Shown here: positions 23,831 to 38,125 of the stretch, one piece after another | Position numbering within the stretch: position 1 is the first letter of the stretch | Layout of the letters: every line of letters begins with the position of its first letter | Assembly (NCBI GenBank): GCA_026914245.1 | Contig: CP110439.1 | Span: 6,386,001-6,450,000, forward strand | Length of the DNA: 64,000 nucleotides | Source of the DNA: Puccinia triticina | Taxonomy: Eukaryota | Direction of reading: 5' to 3' | Program-made: the position numbers and the translations under genes | Notes under the pieces: model-generated | Database searches by the model: none | Told to the model about the DNA's origin: nothing | The model's input: the letters and a program-made list of their open reading frames with translations, nothing else

Positions 23831-25605
23831 AGTTGTGAGATGAAATTTGTTCAAAAATAGAGTGATTTTGAACACACATCCCAACTCTCCTGATCAGATA
23901 TCTCCATGCCAATTTGAATTGTTTCGTTCACTATCATGTTTCTGTGCCTGCAATGCTGTATATGATATCATTGGTAGACATTTCCCTTTCAGTATACAAC
24001 ATGTATGGTCCTGTAAACGTTTTAGTCATTTTTTGTACCAATGATGTTGTTTGTTTTAGCTAGAGGCTGAGGTGGCTGCAACACTGTACACCATACATTA
24101 GAGATGAGGGGTCCCAAGGAGGGTTACAGAGAATTGGGGTCCACGCCAAAGGCAAACAGGCCCAGTTGGCGCTCTGGGGGGAGTACGCGGGGCCGCTGGT
24201 CATGCTCTCGGCGCCACAGTTGTTGTGGGAATGGTCACGGAGGCCGCTCACTGATCAGCAGGTACTGGCGGGTACCCGCAAAAAATATCCGGGTACCCGC
24301 CCAGGCGTGTCCGGGTCTGGGTCCGGGTGTCTGTTTTGGGCAAAAAAAACAGGCGGTACCTGGACCGCGTTGTGGGTACCCGGATCTACTCTACCATACA
24401 TTCAGGCACCAGTGTACATAGGTTACCCCTCCCCCCCACCCCCACCCCATTTAAGGTCATTTGCCAGCTAACACTAAACCTCTCCACCGCTTTACTCCCT
24501 ATACCTGGTGCCTTTGTAAATCAATCTCCCCCCTCAGCCCTATCCCCCCAACCTGCAGTATTTTGTCATCAATTACAGCCATTCCGAAAAAGCTTGGCTT
24601 CTTTGGAGGGAAGTTCCAACAACAAGGTTGGACAGGTGGATATCCATCCCCACAAGTGCAGTCGCTTACAGGATGCTACCAGCCAAGCCATTTGGTAGCA
24701 AAAAAAAAAAATGCTGGCCGCGGGGAGGACCGGCATCCTGACACCTGGGTGCGTCCATCATGATGGCAGTCTGGGGTAAAAATTCAAGGATTCCACTTCT
24801 GGAATCAAAAAAGTTGAAATTTTTGCATGCATAAATTCAACAAACTTTGTTTGAATCTGCTCATGTAATCATTTGCTTTCCCAGCCAACAAAGGTTTATG
24901 ACTTCATGACTTCACATTTATGCATGCATAAATTTCTCAACAAAAAAAAAAACAGCTGAACCATCGCTTCATGAAAAATGGATTGGACGAGTACTACTGA
25001 GGGCAAAGTTGGTAAAAAACCATGAAAAGAAAGCTGAGATTGCAGGCTACAAGTCTGTCTACTCTGCTTTGTTAAATCTACTCTGTTTTGTTAAATGAAA
25101 TACAACACTTATAAAAACATTTTGACAAGAAAACAGGTGTTTTATACTAGAAAATCTCAGGGCCAATGATGTGACATTAGAGGCAAGCCTCTCCTTCGGA
25201 CACGCTTCGCGCCTCGATTAGTCAGTCTCGCGACTTTCGGGGCACAGCCTTAGTCTCGTCCTCTCCCTCTCCTCTCACACACACACACATGCGCACACAC
25301 ACGAACACCAAAAAAAGGCGGAAAGAACCGAACGATTTCTTCAAAAAATGTATATATCTAGACGAGTAAAAGTGGCGAAGAACGGAGCGATGAGGGGGGG
25401 ACGCAATACATAAGAACATTAAAGAAACACACATCAGGTCTCGGCGGGGCGGCCACAAACAATGCAGAGTACTGAGAAAGCAGACAATTTTTTCTTTTTC
25501 TTCAAAACAATCATTCTCTCTTATAATATATGCAACACAATCTTCATTTTGGGGTTTGCTTGTTTTGTAATGTGAGAGGTACGACGGTCCCGAGAGACGG
25601 GCCGA

Positions 25606-28600
25606 TTACTTTTTAGATTTGCCCATCAAGTTGAGTGCGGACCCAGCCTTGAACCACTCGATCTGACCCTGGTTGAAGGTATGAGTGAGCGGGATCTTGT
25701 CGACCGAGCCGTCTTTATGTTTGGCGATCATCGTGACCTTGCTGCCCTCCTTGAGGCCGGTGATCCCCTGGAGGTCGATCCGGTCGTCCGGCTGCACTTT
25801 CTCGTAGTCCGCTGGGTTCTCGAAGTTCAACGGGAGCATGCCTTGCTTCTTCAAGTTCGTCTCGTCTGCAATCCACATAGAACCGATCAATCCTTCCCCC
25901 ATCCCAATAAAAACTCTCAACTAGTAGATCACTCACGGATACGGGCAAATGACCGGGTGATCACAGCCACACCACCCATGAATCGGGGCTCGAGTGCGGC
26001 ATGTTCACGGGACGATCCTTCACCGTAGTTTTGGTCGCCGACGACGCCTAAGAGAAAGAAGGCAAAATCAACAACTGCCTCGCCAGCAAGCGACTGTCTT
26101 CGGATATGAAAGAGACGTACACCAAGGAATGTCATGGTCGCGGTAGTAGGCCGCGACTTCGGGCACGCCGCCCCACTTGCCAGTCTCTTGGTTCAAGACC
26201 TCGTTCGGCTTGCCGTTTGCCTCGTTGATCGCCCCGATCAACATGTTCTGGGAGATGTTTTCAAGGTGACCTCGGTACTTCAACCATGGTCCACCAGCAG
26301 AAACTAAAGACACGATGTTAGGCGTTAACAAAGCTGGCCCGGCAACTCAATAAGGGAGATAGAGAAAGATACGCAACTGTGGTCGGTAGTGCATTTGCCA
26401 GATGCCTTGATCAAGACTGGCATGTTGGCGGGGTCCTTACCGTCCCAAGCCTTGAACGGTTTTAGGACTTGAAGTCGATCACTCGAGGGTGATACCGCAA
26501 CCTGGACTGATTGGCGGTCTGCGGGCGGGGATTGGTAGGTGTTCTCTCCTGGGTCGTAGCCTCGGGGAGGCAATTCCTTTCCACTTGGGTCGGAGAATCG
26601 GAACTCCTTTCCATCCTTGCCTTTCAACGTATCCTTCATCGGGTTGAAAGTCAAGTCTCCAGCGAAGGCCATCGCAGTGACCAGGTCTGGTGAGGCTACA
26701 AACGCGTGAGTGGACGGATTCGCATCGTTTCGCCCGGTGAAGTTTCGGTTGTAGGATGTGATGATGGAGTTAACCTGGTGGGGGGTAATATGAGATGAGC
26801 TTCGGTCCCGATACGACATTTCCAATTTGCTATTCAGAAAGGAAAAAGAGAGAGAGAGAGAAAACATACGTCGCCCTTCTTGACATCTTGTCGATCCCAT
26901 TGACCAATGCAAGGTCCGCAAGCATTAGCTAGTACCAAGCCGCCGACGTTTTCCAAGACTTCCATTTGGCCGTCACGGGCGATCGTTGCACGGATCTGTT
27001 CGGAGCCGGGAGTGATGGTGAACTTCGACTTGACGTTCAAGCCGTGGTCGTGTGCTTCCTTGGCAATCGAGGCCGCTCGGGACATGTCCTCGTAAGAGGA
27101 ATTGGTGCAAGAGCCGATCAGAGCAACCTTCAATTCCTTAGGCCAGCCCTTTTCTTCAACTGTCTTGGCAAACGCGGATAGAGGCGTGGCAAGATCAGGT
27201 GTGTACTGCAGATGGAAAAAAAAAAAAACACGAGCAGACGTGGACGCCGATCATCAGCAAAGCGACGGATTCAAGCAGGGATTAGAGGAAACATACCGGC
27301 CCGTTGATGTGAGGTTCTAATTCATTCAAGTTGATTTCAATCATTTCGTCGTATTCAGCTCCCTCGTCACTCTGCAAGTTGTGCTTGAACTGATCGGCGT
27401 ATTTGGCGATGTTGCTACGCTTGGTAGCGTTCAGGTAATCGGCCATGCGGCGGTTGTAGGGGAACATTGAGGTGGTGGCGCCAATCTCGGCACCCATGTT
27501 GCAAATCGTGCCCATTCCGGTGGCTGATAAGGATTCGACACCCGGTCCGAAATACTCGACGATCGCCCCAGTTCCACCCTTGACGGTCAGGATGCCGGCA
27601 ACCTTGAGAATGACATCTACATTGATTAAGCAAGCATTCGTCAACCGGCTGATGGTCACCATCCATCCACCTCCAAGTAAGATAGAATCGCGCGATGACT
27701 GACCTTTGGGGCTTGTCCAGCCAGAGATTTTTCCAGTCAACTTGACACCGATCACTTTGGGACATTTCAACTCCCAAGGCAAGTTGGCCATGACATCGAC
27801 GGCATCAGCGCCACCGACACCGACGGCGATCATGCCCAATCCACCGGCGTTGGGGGTGTGGGAATCGGTACCGATCATCAATCCGCCGGGGAACGCATAG
27901 TTTTCGAAGATGATCTGGTGGATGATCCCGGAGCCGGGGCGCCAGAAGCCGATGCCGTACTTGGCCGAGCACGAGGCTAGGAAGTCGTATACCTCCTTGT
28001 TTGTCGCCACCGCTCGCGCCAGATCTTTGGTCCCTCCGATCTGCGCCTCGATCAAGTGGTCACAGTGCACCGTTGTCGGCACCGCTACCTCGGGTAAGCC
28101 GGCCGTCATGAATTGGAGTAAGGCCATCTGGGCTGTGGCATCTTGACAAGCAACTCGCTAAGAATCTCAACAGGTTTGATCAGCGTGGGCTGTTAAGTAG
28201 AAGTGAGATAATGCCAAGAGAAGAAAAAGTTATACTTACGTCTGGGCGCAACTTAAGGTAAGAGGCTCCCCGACGGATGTCTGCCTCTTGCGGATTATCG
28301 AGATGTCCGTAGAGGACTTTTTCGGAAAGGGTCAAGGGGCGATTGAGACTGTGATGATGAAGGGATGGGCGCGAGAGGTGGCAGGGATGATGCGCACATT
28401 AGATAATTATGAGATAACTGGGATATACAGAGCGGATGACTTACCGTCGACGGACGACTTGAAGGTTGTCCTCGATACGTTGGTAGTTGATGTATTTCTC
28501 CTTTTCGAGGTTTGACATGGAAACCTTTGTGTCTCCGATCTTGGATGCATGCTGCCGAGGTGAGAGGGGTGGATAGATGAGGAAGACGGAAGGAAGTGGT

Positions 28601-28738
28601 GAGCGACATGGAGTGCGATCATCAGAGTTAATTGGGAGATCGATAGACAGTGGTGGTGTGACTTACGCTTGCATACGATCTGGTGAGCGACTGCAAGACC
28701 GGCTTGGAGGACAGTCGACGCACTTGGCAGGTGATCAT
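25606..28738 (-). CDS. ACO1: Mitochondrial aconitate hydratase, about 10 exons
   Basis: Arg/Ser-rich presequence [24 protein letters not shown], then [68 protein letters not shown] and WFKAGSALN. Confidence 0.96.
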
Positions 28739-29308
28739 GTTGGCTGAGGATGCTGAGGGTTTATGAGACAATGAAAGGGGTGGTCAAGGATAAGGTAGCG
28801 AGGTAGGGAGAGAGGGAGAAGACTGACGGCTTGTTCAAGAGGGTGGAGTGGTGGATGCCGGGGGGGACGATACGGGAGTATTTAGGCTGGCTATAATTGG
28901 TCAACAGCCGATCAGCTGTCACTTGTTACAGGCAAGTCACACAAAAAAATAAAAATAAACAAAACAAAACAGACTCGCTTCTCCGGAAACTTCCTTGCAG
29001 AAAGATGCTGTTTGGTTCTCGATCAGCAGAAAGATGGGCGAACGATAGAAAATATTTATAGCCGACACCTCCCCAGCGACCACAGCAGCACCCATGTGAA
29101 AAACACCCGGAACCAGCCGGATGACGTCATCCCACCCAGACCAAACGGGCCACTCAAACTGGAGTCATCGAGAGCCACATCAACAATTGTCGGCCAAGAA
29201 ACCATCGTGCGGTGGAGCTTCAAGGCAGCCCATCATCCACGTTGTTGACTTGATGTTGTCTTCGGCTGGCGACCAGTAAGCACGCTCTTAATCGGGCTGT
29301 GCTTCTAA

Positions 29309-29494
29309 CGGAGGGCCCTGGTAGAGCCTGGGCTGGCGCAAAGCACCCTTTGCGCACAACGCAAGTCTACGAGGAACTCTTGACAGAATTGGGCGTGGAG
29401 TCCGCGCGGGGACATTAGCCAGCCTAACTAAGCCTCTCGAACGAAGGAAGGAGAGGGTGCTTCACGCCAGCCCAGGCTGTACCAGGGCCCTCCG
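29309..29494. mobile_element. Small MITE-like inverted repeat upstream of aconitase
   Basis: CGGAGGGCCCTGGTAGAGCCTGGGCTGGCG pairs with CGCCAGCCCAGGCTGTACCAGGGCCCTCCG. No clear TSD. Confidence 0.65.
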
Positions 29495-31058
29495 AAGTGG
29501 GGGACTGGTGTTAAGTTAGGAACAGTAGGGACCCTGGGGCCTCTCACTGAGAGTCTTGCTGAGCTCGACGCCATTCAGAGCAGGAGACATCAACGGACAA
29601 TAGGCACACATGCTCACACATGTTTTGATCTGGCTCATGATTGCCTTACTCAACTCGGCTTGCCAAATTCTTTCATATTCAGTCGGGGAAAAATGAGAAC
29701 AAAGTTTCTAAGTATGTGGTCGGAGGATTTTATGTGCTCCGAGCAAAAAGAACAAGAAATAAGTTAGTCCCTGTCGGTGGGGAGCTCTTATGCTTGGCAC
29801 ACAGTGAAGCCTTGATAGATATGGAATTCGTAAAAAGGGGAACGGATAGCAATCTTTCTGGGGTGGAAATTTCGGTCGAGGTTTGCGCCCCGGTCATATC
29901 AGAGAATCGCCGGTCGAAAAGCTTCACGGTGTTTGTAAGATGTTAGTGATTCATGACAAGAGCTCTCTTAAAAAGGCCAAGCTACGAAGTATGTGAGCTG
30001 CTTTTATTCTCTTAACACTCCTCTCCCAATTAATCCTGACCACCAGGTTTCCTATTGGCGTTGATGAAATCCACGCATTGCATTTTCAAATTATTTAGAA
30101 CTCCAAATGATTTATTGACAGCTGAGGTTTGAAGAATGAACAGTAATTAATCATGGAATCTTTGTTCTCCAAATTTCAATGCATAGCTGTCTTCTTTCAA
30201 AGTGGCCTTAACCCAAAGGACTGGGGCCGGTTGCGATAGCTTAAGACTTGTAGGATTCGTCGCGTATGTGTGGTGGTTGCGTGTTGATCACCAGTTCCTT
30301 TGGTACTTATCTAGGTATCATCACTGACCAATCAGATGTAAATTCATCGCCCAACAATCAATAAATTGCTCCATCTATTCTGGGCTTTTGTGAGAACTTC
30401 TGATCTCTATAAACTACTCCTCCCCTTATTAATTCTTGTTCTCGGCCCCAATGTTTGGTCTGAAATCAGCAACCATCAAAAGTCTTCAGCACTTCCGAGC
30501 ACTTGGTTAGTAGTATATAAAAACCGCTTAATTAATTACTTCCCAAAATGTATACAGGAAACCTAAATCATTTGTACGTTGGGTGATGACTCTCTTAGGC
30601 ACTTAGTGACATGCAATTTCAGCTCCCTGATCCGTTTTTACAACAAGAATGGAGGCAGCAAAAGGAGTGGGATTGGGATGGACCCCCCTTTGGTGGTCTC
30701 CTGGGGCAAGACTGTCAGATTCAACATCATTATCTCTGAACATTCTAGAGGAAGCATTTCCAGAACTGCAATTCTCAGAACACAAACCAAAGATGAAATT
30801 GTAACGTATCACATGATGATATACCCTCATTTGTCTCTCAATTATTGAATCATGCCACAATGTTGAATTATACTGATTGTTTAGCCAAAGGTAAATCATA
30901 TATCCAAAGGTGTATTAATGTACCAAGTGTGTGTGTCCTTTCTTCTGAAGAATCTATGAATGAGTTGAGGACAAAAATGATTCTTGGTTCAATGAGAGGG
31001 AACCTGGGGAGGTTGCATCCATTTCCATGGGGGGTTTTGTTGAAATTCAGTTGCAGTC

Positions 31059-31084
31059 CCGCGGCGCAGCTGCCATTTCCCTAG
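31059..31084 (+). mobile_element. Helitron-like 3' terminus
   Basis: Hairpin GCGGCGCAGCTGC, then CATTTCC, then CTAG|T. The downstream T begins a truncated MITE exactly at an A|T site. Confidence 0.55.
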
Positions 31085-31429
31085 TAAATCATAAAATCAT
31101 AAAAATATTGGGCCTTGGAAAACGACTCCCAGGCCCTAGGAAAACGACTCCCAGAATTGAGTTACGTCCGTGGGGCCGCGCCCGGCGGTCCTGAAATGGT
31201 CGCCTTGACCATCTCCTTGGTCGCGGACTTTTTGGGAGTTGCTCTCCCAATTGCAATGCCACAACTGGGAGTCGCTGAGATAATTTCCTCAACCACATCA
31301 TTTTATTATTTTTTTATTATTTTTTATTATTTTTGAGAGTCGGCCAACTAAAACAGTCTGTGAGTGTCAGACTTTTGGCAGTCGTCACACCTATTCCTTA
31401 CCAAATATGTATGTTAAGCCAAAAAGGCA

Positions 31430-32344
31430 CTAAATTTGTGCATGTACCAATAATGAACAAGAGTATCCAATTACTGAGAGAAAGGAAGAAATAACAAGAG
31501 ATCGATCACAAATAAAGAGAATTATAAACAAAATGAGTGTGATAGCGTAGCCTTTGCGTCGAGCGAATCCTTTGACTGATCTCTTGAGGGAATCAGGATC
31601 CGCATAGATACCACCAGGAGGAGGAGGAATGCCTTCATGCGACTCTTGGCCTTTGGAATCGGAGGATTCACTATCTTGATTGTCTTCAGATTCAATCTCG
31701 GCCGGTAGATTCTCTGCCGAAATATGGTCAGGTATTGGTATCTCTTTGTGTTGTTCGTCACCAGGCTGAGACTCTAATAAATTCAAAAACTTTGTGATAA
31801 CCTTGTCTTCTCTAACTAGCTCATCATCGAATTCATCATCATCATCTTCTTTCTCAAGCTCGCCATTTACATCTTCCTCTTTTTCAGTATGTTGGTTGTT
31901 TGGGCTTATATTCATTTCTTCTTTAGATTCGGAAAGCTGAAGGAGGAAGGGATCTATGAAATCTTTGATTGGGTTTGGGGCCTTTACAACGTTAGTAGTT
32001 GCTGGAATTGCATCAGGAGGAGCTTCGCCGGCGGCAAGAAGGCCAAAAAACATGTTCTTGGAGGCTTGAGCGGCCGAGGAAGCGGCGATCATATCTTTGG
32101 TCGCGGTCGGGGGTTTGATGGTTTCAGTAGCTTGATTGGCGGCCGCTTGATTGGCGGCCGGAGGACTTTTGACCACGGTCGGAAGCCCGAAAACCATCTT
32201 CTTGCAGGATTGAGCGGCCGCAGTAGCAGCTATCATATCTTTGGCGGCTATCATAACGTTGGCGGTGTCAGGGTCTTGGGCAGTTTTTGCCGCGTTCGAG
32301 GAAGCGTGAACGGAGTTCAAAGAGGTGTCAGCCCGATTAGACAT
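31430..32344 (-). CDS. MULE-associated ORF ending in a truncated FAR1-like N-terminal motif
   Basis: 304 aa with an internal duplication (KDMIAA..AAQ..K.M.FGL twice), an acidic tract, and PPPPGGIY...FARRKGYAIT...CDRS, resembling the start of fungal MULE transposases. Confidence 0.5.
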   Translation of the reverse strand: MSNRADTSLNSVHASSNAAKTAQDPDTANVMIAAKDMIAATAAAQSCKKMVFGLPTVVKSPPAANQAAANQATETIKPPTATKDMIAASSAAQASKNMFFGLLAAGEAPPDAIPATTNVVKAPNPIKDFIDPFLLQLSESKEEMNISPNNQHTEKEEDVNGELEKEDDDDEFDDELVREDKVITKFLNLLESQPGDEQHKEIPIPDHISAENLPAEIESEDNQDSESSDSKGQESHEGIPPPPGGIYADPDSLKRSVKGFARRKGYAITLILFIILFICDRSLVISSFLSVIGYSCSLLVHAQI

Positions 32345-32419
32345 GGTGGTTGGAGTGTTGAGGAGTGATCAGATTGAGCCGTTGTGATTTTTTGTATGTT
32401 GTGTGGTGTGTACAACTGT

Positions 32420-32578
32420 TATGGTATTCAAAATTGCATAAGATTTTTTTACATAAAATCATCAACTGCAATTTTGGCTGGGAGATGTCACTTTATGTTT
32501 TATGCACACTGACATCTCCCAGCCAAAATTGGTTTATGATTTATGTAAATAGTGACATATGCAATTTTGAATACCATA
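32420..32578. mobile_element. MITE (TATGGTATTC...GAATACCATA)
   Basis: Terminal inverted repeat; near-identical copy at 55600-55760. Confidence 0.8.
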
Positions 32579-33625
32579 TATGTGCTGGGTTGGTTGATCG
32601 CGGTTACGGTGAAGTCCCGGGATTGGTTTGATATCATATGCATGTACACCACAGACGCACTTCCTTGCATCTTTTCCGAACGCCGTTCAAAGTGAAGGAA
32701 AATTAACAAAAAAACTTTGATGTGGCCCCACTTGAGGGGATTTTGAATACTCCTCAATTTTTTTCCCAAGAATTGGGAAATAATTTGAGGAATAATTGAG
32801 TGAAAACTCAATCCGGCAAATATCCGGAATATCCGCGGGAGTTGCCGGATAAACACCGGTGAAAACCTTATTCAACTGCCATTCAAATAACATTTGATTA
32901 CCCTCCGGAGGATTTTCGAAGTCTACACAGCGGGGCAGATTGGGCAAAGCCGATGCATCCAGCTGGCATCCCAGCACTCCATGCGCCACGGTGGCGTGAC
33001 AGGGACCCAGGGCATTACAGGCGCCACTCTGTCATGCTAGGGGGCGCCACCGGGACTGTGGGCATAGGTGGCGCTCCTCGGGCGCCACTGAAATGCCACC
33101 AACCTGGGCGCCAGATGGCCACCCCGGTGAGATGCCAGCGTGACGCCCCGGTAGGGGAGGCATCACCGCCGGCTGCCAGGGGGGCGTCCATGCCGGTTGC
33201 CTGGCTGACGCAGGGGTCCAGATGGCGCCACTGGTTATGGGCAGCCGCCACTGTGTCCTGGGGTCGCCGGAGCGGCTAGGACACCCAATGGGCTCCCCGT
33301 CCAGGTGCAGGCAATCAAAGGGCCCATGAGCCGCAATCCAGTTGGCTTGGTTGCAACAGGCTCGCGTCATGGACAGTGTGGGATGTGTGGGCACTCTACA
33401 TATTCCGGCAATGCGGCTCAGCTAGGCCCCACTGATGCGGCAAAGCGGGTGCTTGTCTTGCTGTGTGCCAGACCTAACCCTCACCTGGGTATATATATTC
33501 ATTGAATCATCACCCAGCTCCAAGTTGAAGCTTCCTTTGATCACCCAGCAGCTCTCCCACGTCTCCGCCCCCAATACCCTCCCTTGCCTCTTCATACCTC
33601 CGACTTACATAAATATGTAGGTTAC

Positions 33626-33800
33626 TGCACCCCCAAGGGAAGTCCAACAGTCACCATCCCCTCCACAGCCCGCCGTTGTTCACCCCGCCACACCCATGAG
33701 CCCACACACTTGCACCCCCAAGGGAAGTCCAACACAGTCACCATCCCCTCCACAGCCCGCCGCTGTTCACCCCGCCACACCCATGAGCCCACCCACTTGA
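33626..33800. repeat. About 85-bp tandem duplication
   Basis: TGCACCCCCAAGGGAAGTCCAAC...CCATGAGCCCAC starts at 33626 and again at 33711. Confidence 0.85.
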
Positions 33801-36800
33801 CCCTATTCTCTTGGGCAACACACTGATTATTTTTTGCCCACCCTTGATTGCCCAGCAGAACTAGACTTCAAGGAATTTGCACCAAGATTGCGGACATCTG
33901 ACCACTCTCCCGTCCTCTTCCCCCTCCCTCCCAGAATACTTGTGCAGATGTTAGCTCCCCCCTTCCCTCCCCCTCCACATGTGCCCCTGGTTGTATCTAA
34001 GTAGATGTCCCCCTTGCTGTTTAGGAATATCATCACCTCAGATATCCCTCACCATTTTATTGAGGACCCCATTGCCTGTGAGGCCCTTTGGGCAACCCAC
34101 TGCGTGCCCGATGCCCGCACCACGGTATCACAACGCTGGCCTCCAGGCCGAGTGTTGCTACCCCAGTCAGCTGGTATGACTGCTGTCGCTATCATGCCTG
34201 GATGAAGCTCTGGGGCCCAGCCTGCCAACACACACCCACCTCGGCCCCAGGTGCACTGTATCAAGGCCTGTCATCCCAGTGACCCCAGTTGCGCTAGGGC
34301 AGCCTCCCGTCCTCGAGCCCGTCTCCCTCGCATCCCCATAGGCGCCGTGAGGTCATCCCCAGACATATGTCCTGAGGATCTCAGCATGGACGCTCGCGGG
34401 AAATCCAGCCATGGCGCACTGAGGTCGCCCCCCCTGCGCCTTGGTCGGGTTGGCGCCCATCTGGGCTGACCTAGGTGCGCCACCCAAGATGTTGGCAGGG
34501 TGGGGCTGGATGACGCCCTGGTGGCGTGTGGCCCTACGGCGGCATCAGGGCGTCCGACTATTGCGGGGCCCTGCTGGCGTCCGGTCGGCCGCCCTCCTGA
34601 CATCCCACTTGTCCCGCTGTGTATTCAAATTAATTTTGACTTGTATCGCTATATTTGAACATAATTCAAACAACACCAGCAATATTTGAACACAAATCGA
34701 ACAACGCCGACATGTCCTATCTCCCCTCAGACATTGCCTCCCTGAACAAAAATTGTGAACTCAGCCTCCCAGCCGCCTCCAACCACCTCATTCCCCTGAT
34801 AACCATAAACAACACAAAAACCTTGATCAAGGGTCTCGCCAGATACCCTACACTCTCATTCAGCTTGATCAATGTTAAATCCTTGTATCTGAACATCAGG
34901 CTCCCCGGTCTTGTTGACTCTGTTTGCTGTGTCAATTCTCTAATCTCTCCAAGCTCCGACGACTCCATCCAAACTCTTGGATGCTTAGGCAAGGACACCC
35001 AGTTGTTGGGAGCTCCCAAAACGCTGTCAACGTCTCTCCCGTTCCGATCATCAATGCAGGTGAAGGGGAACACCCCACACAGGTGAGCTTACTGGTCTCT
35101 TAATTCCTTGGCATCACCGCCTTTCCTCTGCCGTCACACTGAACCAAGCGTAACTCACCTTATCATTGCTTTTTTGTGACCAATCTCAGGCCTTCTTCGA
35201 CGTTCACAAGATCTGTTGTAAGCATACCATTGTCCTCCATCCTCTCCCAAGGAATGCTGAGATTGATGCCGAGGTCAACCTAGACCCTCTCAAAGTAGCC
35301 TATTAAATAATTATTCCAACGTCTCTCACTCCGTTGGGCATTTTCATGCATGTTGGGCAACTTCTGTCTCATGTGAGTGCTTGATTTCCCTCCCACACCC
35401 ACCTTCCTTTGGCTTTGCTCATGATCATCCTGCCCCTTTTGCCCAACAGATGTGGTGAGATGATTGATGGACAGGGATTTGATGGCAGAACTTATTTCTC
35501 TGCAGAATGCAAATATCACCAACATATTATGTCCAAGTCAGACTGGTGCAACCTCAGCTTGGAAGGCCGGTCCAAGGAAATGCCCCTCTTTAATAAGATG
35601 CTGTATACTAACTCTGAATTGGGGGTTTGTCATTGACCCAGGTTATCAACTTCTGAGTTATGGATGCTTGACCACGGTTTTGTTGGCCAAGAAAAGTCTG
35701 TTGAATTTGCAAAAACTGCAAGCGTCTGGAAGACTAGCAATCCTCTGTTTGGGCCCGCCGGCGTGCAAGCTGCTGTTACTGTTGGACCTGGGCGAGCAGT
35801 CATTAGGGGCAAAGGCAGTGGCCGAGCAATACCTTGAGAACCGGCCGCAGGATCAGGAAGGCGAGGCGGAGGAGAAGAAGAAGAAGGCGGAGGAGAGGGG
35901 GGGCATTAATGAGTCCATTCAAAATGACCACCCCACTAACCCGCAACCAAATTCATTTATTTCTCCTAAAGAACACCACAACCAGGAGCAAATTCCATGC
36001 ATGTTGTTTCAATCTTGACATGCAATAATATAACAATAGTGCCCCTTGTAGGGCTCTGAGCCATTTGGATGCTAGCAAGGTAAACAAAGGAATTGCGGAG
36101 GGGAGGAGGGTTGGCTGCGAGGGGTCAATTGCCCCGGTTTGCTTCCCAGTCAGTTTGAATTCATTTTGAATTGAGTAGCTTTACAAGGTACATTCAAATT
36201 TCAATCGAGTTTGCTTTGATTGAAATCCAAAGGTATCCCAAAGTCAACATTCAAATAGAATTTGAACTCCGCCAGTTTGATTTCTATTGAATGTATTTTG
36301 AATATTTCTTAAACAAACTTTGTGTTATATTCAAAGTCTCCACCCAAAGAATATTCGAAGTCATGGGCACATCGGATTACATCCAATGGGCGTTTGAAAG
36401 GACTTCAAAAACTCAGTTTGAACTCACTTGGTCAACTAGTTTGACGAAGTTGCCGACGTCCCCTCTTGCTGGCGGGGAGTTCAAACATCTTTTGATTGAA
36501 CTTCGGAAGGCTTTTGATCTTTTGCGTCCATGGTGTAGTCCGACTCCCACACTGGCTGAGTTTTTAGTTGGCTGACTCTCAAAAATAGTAAAAAATAATA
36601 AAAAGATGTAGTTGGGGAAATTATCTCAGGCCCCAATTATAAACACTTTTTTGAGCAGTTGCGCCGGCGGCATTGCAATTGGGAGAACAACTCCCAAAAA
36701 GTTTGCAACCAAGGAGATGGTCAAGGCAACCATGTCAGGACCGCCGGGCGCGGTCCCACGGACCAACGCTGTAACCAATAAAATACATGTATCTGTATTT

Positions 36801-37576
36801 GTCATGTATTGTATCTGATAGGGACCAAAAGTATTGTATCTGTATTGTATCTGTCTTACAGATACAATACACTTTGTATCAAATTCTTGTATTGGAATTT
36901 CAGATACAATACATTGTATTGCCTTTCATGTATCTGATTTACTGATACAATACAGATAGGTTACATATACATATTGAAATACCTGCCCTGTCCCCCATCT
37001 TTCACAGCCTGGCCACTGAGTCACGGCTGAGTCAATATCCTCTGCGGCGCCGGCAGTCTTCTGAATTCAACTGGAGTCCAATCAACCCTCCTTCCGTCGC
37101 TGGGTTTCCGTTCAATCATCATGGCTTGAGCATCTGCATCTCCAGCTGCAAATCGGCCCCCCTCCCAACAATCAACCCGTGCAATCACTCCTGTTTGTTC
37201 TGATCCTAACTTCGTCAGACCAAACCAGGATGGCCAAAAATCCCTTGCTCCAACTCCAACTTCAGCTTCTAACCATGCCAAAACTAAACCCAGATCAACC
37301 GCCAGAGCAAGCTCCAAACCAACCAGACAGTCCAAGAGGAAACAAACCAAAAATGATTCCGGATCTGCCCTGGAAAGTTGTTCTCAGCGTCTTGAATGGG
37401 TTATGAACATGCAGCAAGACTCCAGCAATGAAAACTCAAGATTGAAACCCAAAAAGAAGAGGAGGAAGAGAAGGGATGAAGCTGTTGAGGAACACTTCCA
37501 TAAGCCAACCTTGGCCAATGGTCAGGTATGTGTGTTTTGATCTTGTCATCAAGTCCGATCTTGTTTTACACTGATA

Positions 37577-37986
37577 CAACACTGGGTCAATACAATTCAA
37601 TACAATATTGGGCCAAATTTCGTATTGAATCAATCCCTGTTACTTAATTGGACTGTTACCGTTAGCAGTAACGAGTTTTTTTGCGCGCTGCACGTACTGA
37701 AACGTTATCTGCGTTACCATACCGTTACCGTTATGGTAACGCATATAACGTGGCAACGGAAGTATTAGAGCAAAAAAAAGGCTAAAAGAGCCAAAAAAAA
37801 TTTTGATACCGCGGAAATATTGACTTCATATCAGCGGCAATATCGTAACAGCTTGAAAAAAAATCCAATATTCAAACTGAATATTGGTAACGCGCTGCCG
37901 TTACTGGTAACGGTAACAATAACGCCCCAAAAATTGATACAATATCAATACGTTACCGTTACTGGTATCTTATCAACCCAGTGTTG
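37577..37986. mobile_element. CAAC...GTTG MITE with 7-bp TSD
   Basis: TIRs CAACACTGGGT / ACCCAGTGTTG and TSD ACTGATA. Confidence 0.85.
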
Positions 37987-38125
37987 ACTGATATTGCTTT
38001 AAATTTTAAATTTTAAATTTTATTCATTTGAAAAGAAATCAGGCCCGCTGGTTCTATACAAATTTCAATGGTGCGGAAGCAGCTATAAACAGACACCAGG
38101 CACGCGCTCTAACCTATACAAGCAT

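Noticed and set aside
34655..36018. Medium-length ORFs inside the MULE
   Set aside because: No recognisable motifs; likely decayed TE or captured sequence that cannot be assigned without a search.
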